NCBI GenBank assembly: GCA_963787835.1
Contig: CAWBEI010000004.1
Coordinates: forward strand, 192,001 to 256,000
Reading direction: 5' to 3'
Source of the DNA: Ignavibacteriota bacterium
GTDB taxonomy: Bacteria; Bacteroidota; Ignavibacteria; Palsa-1295
Length of the DNA: 64,000 nt
Made by a program: the position numbers and the translations under genes. This document shows, piece after piece, positions 59,811-64,000 of this stretch. Numbering within the stretch: the stretch's first letter is position 1; every line of letters begins with the position of its first letter. The notes under the pieces were generated by a model that saw nothing but the letters and a program-made list of their open reading frames with translations, ran no database searches and was not told the DNA's origin.

Positions 59811-59997
59811 AGAAGGGATCAATTTAATTAATGACAATTCATCATATTTCCTAAATACTAAAATACGAAAGAATTGCTTGGCTATTTCAAAAACCAAACT
59901 ATGGGTAGCCAATGAGATAAATGTGAACCGGTATTTGCCGAATATTACTCGACGAACTCGGGGTCATGGCAGCGGAAAACATTAACGCCGGATGGAA

Positions 59998-60402
59998 TTA
60001 ACCTAAACCCATAACCAACAGTCCAGGAACGCGATTGAAGTCCCGCTCATTCAAGGTAACTATTGCGTGTCCGTTACGAATGCAGGATGCGGCGATCCAC
60101 AAATCGTGTAACCCAATGATCTCACCTCTCGTCAGTAGGTCTGCCCATATCACGGCGTGGACGCGGGCCGTTTCCTCATCGATGGGAACGATGGGATATC
60201 GTGCAATGATCGGAGTGAGGAATCGGATTCGCTCTTGCCGGTATTTAGCGGTTGTTGCTCGCTCAACGCCATGCAATAATTCACTGAGCGTAATGACGGA
60301 GAGTAAGCATTCCGAGTTTGCATACTCACGCAACGTTTCGTGAAGCGGCAATCCATTACGCTCGGCGTGGATAATGACGCCGGAATCAATTATGAAGCCC
60401 AC
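59998..60402 (-). CDS. vapC: VapC-type PIN domain toxin
   Basis: IIDSGV, ITLSEL..G, HDLWIAA and VTLNERDF.RVPGL motifs. Confidence 0.88.
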   Translation of the reverse strand: MGFIIDSGVIIHAERNGLPLHETLREYANSECLLSVITLSELLHGVERATTAKYRQERIRFLTPIIARYPIVPIDEETARVHAVIWADLLTRGEIIGLHDLWIAASCIRNGHAIVTLNERDFNRVPGLLVMGLG

Positions 60403-60668
60403 GGGTCGCGGATGGTTTGAGCGTTAGCCAGTCGGCGTAATTCTGCCACATCTTTCGCGAATGCCTCGGCATTTTCAGAGGAAAGATGCGGAAGCGATTC
60501 AAAAAAATCGGAGAGTTCGCCAACGCGTATGCCAGATTTCGGCGCCGGTTGCACCTCGTCTGCGGAAGTGATAGAGATTCGGATCGTCTCATGGGCGAAG
60601 AGCGCCTTGATCTTATCGACCAGCGGCGACCCGAGTTCATCCGAATTTAGTTGAAAGATTGCTTCCAT
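60390..60668 (-). CDS. Putative antitoxin
   Basis: Small ORF overlapping the vapC start, ending RDPWAS. Confidence 0.7.
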   Translation of the reverse strand: MEAIFQLNSDELGSPLVDKIKALFAHETIRISITSADEVQPAPKSGIRVGELSDFFESLPHLSSENAEAFAKDVAELRRLANAQTIRDPWAS

Positions 60669-60998
60669 GTATTCCCTAACGGCAAGGCTGAGATAACAGT
60701 TGCCAGAATAATATCCGGATTTCAAGCGCGGGGGAAAATAATGACGTAGATTAGTGTTTGCTTTGATGGGCACCTGTATCAATTTTCAATTAAGAATTGA
60801 GAATTAAGAATGGGGGCTGCGATCGTTCATTGAAAATTGCGATGGGTTTCGATATGAACGAGTTCTTTGTGAAAGGGAATTTTTAATAACTTTTACAACA
60901 AATGGCGAAATTAGCTCAAATTCGAGGGTGGTCGGGAACTCAACAAGAAAAAAAATGGCACCTATTTCTTTGGGCAAGTGAGCACCATTTTCCAGTAG

Positions 60999-62195
60999 CT
61001 AATGAGTACCTTGTTTCTCATACCGCTCCACAAACTCGGGGTCGCGGCGGCGGAGATTTTCGTGATCTACTTTGCCGGAGCGGGTCATGAGCTTGTAGGC
61101 AAAGGGGAGCGGGTCGAGGTGCATGTAGTCCTTGAGGTTTTCGAACATGAGCAGGCTTTCCATGGCTGCTTCCTGGTATTCGTCCACCACGGGCCGGCGC
61201 CGCGCTTCGAATTCGATGAGGGCATCGGGAAGTTTATCGGTTGTTTGGAGCGCGTGGAATAAGGCGATCGAATCCTCCAGCGCAAGCTTGGTTCCCGAAC
61301 CGATCGAGAAATGGACGGTGGCGAGGGAATCGCCAAGCAATGTAGCGCAAACTTCAGTTTGCGATCGGGCGTAAGGGTCGCGAACTGAAGTTCGCGCAAC
61401 ATTTTGCGCCACGCACCACCAATGCCGGTTACGAACGAAGGTAAAATTCAGCCATTTGGAATTATTCGAGAGCAAGGGTTCACCCTGAAGATCGAGATGA
61501 AACACTTGTTCGAGATAGTGACGAGCAGAGTCATCATCCATATCTTCGAAACCTGCGGATTCCCATGTTTCGGGATCGCACTCGACGATGAAGGTGCTGG
61601 TATTTTTATCGAATTTGTACGCATGAGCAGCAAACACTCCGGCGCTATTCTCTCGGAAGATGAGAGTCAGCCCATGGAACAAATGCCGTGTACCGAACCA
61701 GATATATTTATTGCTTCGCGTGGAAAGATCGGGCTTGAACTGCTCCTGGAACTCGGAACGAACTCCGCTGGCAACGCCATCGGCGCCAACAACGAGATCG
61801 TATCCACCGCCGCGCACCAGGGATTCTATATGATTCACAGGCAAACGAAAATGAAGATTTACTCCAAGCTCGCCGCATCGATCCTGAAGAACTTTCAGCA
61901 TTTCGATGCGCGCGATGCCGGAAAATTTATTTCCACGCACGGTGATCTTTTCATCGCGATAAATAATATCGACGTTCTCCCAGCGTTCGAAGCGGTCGAT
62001 AATTCCTTGCCACGATGGGACGTCCTCCGCTTCGAGATAACTGAGCGTTTTATCCGAGAACACGACGCCCCAGCCGAAGGTATCGGTTGGTGCGTTGCGC
62101 TCGAAGAGGTCGATGTGGACTTCGGGACGCCATTTTTTTACGAGGAGCGAAAAATACAAACCCGCCGGTCCGCCGCCGATAACTGCGATCTTCAT
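60999..62195 (-). CDS. FAD-dependent monooxygenase (stand-alone salicylyl-CoA 5-hydroxylase N-terminal type) with in-frame REP insert
   Basis: GGGPAGL, TFGWGVVFS, GADG, AHAY.F..STFIVEC and GD....HFSIGSGTKLALED motifs. Confidence 0.88.
   Translation of the reverse strand: MKIAVIGGGPAGLYFSLLVKKWRPEVHIDLFERNAPTDTFGWGVVFSDKTLSYLEAEDVPSWQGIIDRFERWENVDIIYRDEKITVRGNKFSGIARIEMLKVLQDRCGELGVNLHFRLPVNHIESLVRGGGYDLVVGADGVASGVRSEFQEQFKPDLSTRSNKYIWFGTRHLFHGLTLIFRENSAGVFAAHAYKFDKNTSTFIVECDPETWESAGFEDMDDDSARHYLEQVFHLDLQGEPLLSNNSKWLNFTFVRNRHWWCVAQNVARTSVRDPYARSQTEVCATLLGDSLATVHFSIGSGTKLALEDSIALFHALQTTDKLPDALIEFEARRRPVVDEYQEAAMESLLMFENLKDYMHLDPLPFAYKLMTRSGKVDHENLRRRDPEFVERYEKQGTH
61339..61403. repeat. GTAG-type REP doublet (REPIN) inside the monooxygenase gene
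   Basis: GTAG-CGCAAACT-TC-AGTTTGCG and the inverted copy CGCGAACT-GA-AGTTCGCG-CAAC. Confidence 0.88.
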
Positions 62196-62263
62196 TTAAT
62201 AATTTTGAAGGATGACAGGGATAATAAAATAGTCTTTGTTGGTTGTATAACCCAATTCTACTT

Positions 62264-62980
62264 ATGGAAATTTCAAAACATATCGTAGCCTTTGGCGGGG
62301 ACGCCATGATCGCCGAGCCGGAGAATAAACGTTCAGCGCAGTTCGTGCTAAGTTTGGCCCGAAAACCTCAACCAGATACTAAACAACGCGTTTGCTTTCT
62401 CCCAACTGCGAGCGGCGATCCCGACACTTACATTCAAGCATTTCATACGCGATATGAGGGGCTTGCAGAAACTTCGCATCTCAAGCTTTTCCTGCGAACG
62501 GTCAAGGACTTGCGCGGTTTTCTGCTTTCGCAAGATGTTATTTACGTCGGTGGTGGCAACACAGCGAATATGCTGGCTGTGTGGCGAGTGCATGGGGTCG
62601 ATAAAATTTTGCGCGAGGCATACGATTCAGGAATTGTGATGTGCGGTACGAGCGCAGGCTCGCTCTGCTGGTTCGAATGCGGGGTGACGGATTCGTTCGG
62701 ACTTGATCTTGCTACTCTGAATGATGGTCTCGGGTTTATCAAAGGAAGTAACTGCCCCCACTACGATTCCGAAGCATTACGCAAGCCGCAATATCATAAA
62801 TTTATCATGGAAGGACTTCCTGGTGGCTACGCCGCTGATGATGGCGCGGCGCTTCATTTCGTCAATGGCGAGTTTTCTGAAGCGGTAAGTTCCAAACCAC
62901 ATGCTCGAGCGTTTGAGGTGCGGAAGCAGGGGGATGAGGTTGTTGAAAAACAACTGAACGTTCGATTTCTTGGCGCTTAG
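62264..62980 (+). CDS. pepE: Peptidase E (S51 family)
   Basis: FLPTASGD, YVGGGNT, GTSAG and CPHYD motifs. Confidence 0.9.
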   Translation: MEISKHIVAFGGDAMIAEPENKRSAQFVLSLARKPQPDTKQRVCFLPTASGDPDTYIQAFHTRYEGLAETSHLKLFLRTVKDLRGFLLSQDVIYVGGGNTANMLAVWRVHGVDKILREAYDSGIVMCGTSAGSLCWFECGVTDSFGLDLATLNDGLGFIKGSNCPHYDSEALRKPQYHKFIMEGLPGGYAADDGAALHFVNGEFSEAVSSKPHARAFEVRKQGDEVVEKQLNVRFLGA

Positions 62981-63036
62981 CCAAGCAGTTAATATTAGTA
63001 TGGAACGGATCCTTCGCTAAGGGAATTGTGACCATT

Positions 63037-63294
63037 ATGCAGAACGAACATACACACCTTTATACCGTGGAAGTACCGGAATCGGCTGGATTGACCGAGC
63101 AATCGTTAAAAGAATACCTTGCGGCGAAGCTTTATGGCGATGGGACTCTCTCTCTGTATGAAGCTGCGGAAATGGCCGGAATGAAGAAGTGGGAATTCCC
63201 GAAAGTGCTGAAGCATTTTGGTGTTCCATACTTCAATCTTACCTCGGAAGAACTTGCCAGGGATATTGTGAATGCAAGACCTCGTAATTTCTGA
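63037..63294 (+). CDS. UPF0175 family antitoxin-like protein
   Basis: LA.KLY..G.LSL..AAE.AG....F pattern. Confidence 0.8.
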   Translation: MQNEHTHLYTVEVPESAGLTEQSLKEYLAAKLYGDGTLSLYEAAEMAGMKKWEFPKVLKHFGVPYFNLTSEELARDIVNARPRNF

Positions 63295-63757
63295 TACGAG
63301 TTGCCTTATTCTTCTTTCCAAAATAGATCGGTTAGAAATCCTCCGAGATATTTATGGGGTTGTTCTCATCCCGCCGGAAGTTCAGGTAGAATATGAGGCA
63401 GCCTATGGCCGACTTCTTCCCGAGTGGATCAATATTCTTCGACCTTCGGACGAATCCATATCGAAATTTCAATTGCCGGGGTTGGATCTGGGTGAACAAA
63501 ACGCATTTGCGCTTGCCTCGGAACATCCCGGAGCATTATTAATTGTCGATGATGAACGCGCTCGAAAAATTGCAAAACGTCTCGGATTTCGTTTCACAGG
63601 AACGTTAGGAGTTCTCTTAGTCGCAAAAGAACTTGGAAAGATACCCTCGATCAGACCTTTACTGATGCAAATTCAGCGAACAGATTTTCATCTTAGCGAG
63701 GAAATCGTTCAGCAGACGTTGAAGGATGCAAAGGAATCCGATTTACGAACAGAGTAA
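63272..63757 (+). CDS. DUF3368 family PIN-like protein
   Basis: ISDTSCLI.L.KI, LDLGE, DDERAR..A and GTLGVL..AK motifs. Confidence 0.85.
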   Translation: MQDLVISDTSCLILLSKIDRLEILRDIYGVVLIPPEVQVEYEAAYGRLLPEWINILRPSDESISKFQLPGLDLGEQNAFALASEHPGALLIVDDERARKIAKRLGFRFTGTLGVLLVAKELGKIPSIRPLLMQIQRTDFHLSEEIVQQTLKDAKESDLRTE

Positions 63758-63759
63758 GT

Positions 63760-64000
63760 ATGCTCGGACTTCACAACACCACATCTGAACAATGGATCGA
63801 AGCGGCGAACCGTGATTACGCTTCTGTGCTTATCGATCACGCTCATTGCGAAAAGAAGGCCGCAACGATGGCGATCTCCTTGCTGAATCGTTATCCCGAA
63901 AAAACGGATTTAGTCGAACAAATGGCTGAACTAGCGGAAGAAGAAATGGGACACTTCCGACAGGTGTTAAAAGAAATGAGTGTGCGGGGAATTGGGCTTA
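63760..64000 (+). CDS. miaE: tRNA-(ms2io6A) hydroxylase (partial)
   Basis: Manual translation MLGLHNTTSEQW..LIDHAHCEKKAA..LAEEEMGHF shows the MiaE diiron motifs. Confidence 0.9.
   Translation, partial: MLGLHNTTSEQWIEAANRDYASVLIDHAHCEKKAATMAISLLNRYPEKTDLVEQMAELAEEEMGHFRQVLKEMSVRGIGL

Noticed and set aside
61404-62288. Long antisense ORFs (this one, 33275..34012, 45260..45943 and others)
   Set aside because: They are shadows of well-supported genes on the opposite strand.

Overview
A 64-kb chromosomal window from an FCB-group bacterium. The many T9SS-type C-terminal sorting domains, the TonB receptor and the lipoproteins suggest a Kapabacteria/Bacteroidota relative (inference). Gene content is mostly housekeeping: clpX, msrA, rmlABD, bioBFDA, korAB, holB, rnhA, hemCDE, acpS, lptE, pepE, miaE (partial), tRNA-Gln(CTG) and tRNA-Leu(CAG). 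Accessory genes include a putative phosphate-scavenging TonB/lipoprotein locus, six T9SS cargo genes, a lipoprotein c-type cytochrome, aac(6')-I and PIN-type toxin-antitoxin modules. The most striking signal is a dense population of short palindromic elements from several families, with no transposase in the window. (i) Several sit in frame inside open protein genes and are translated: a flavin monooxygenase, a PhyH dioxygenase, three T9SS proteins and the LptE signal peptide. (ii) Several long-armed ones span operon junctions so that folding would place the upstream stop codon next to the downstream start codon. (iii) A five-unit hairpin array abuts the CCA end of tRNA-Leu. Three frameshifts between 36.9 and 45 kb look like single-base indels, possibly sequencing errors. 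All calls come from motif recognition by eye; no database searches were run.
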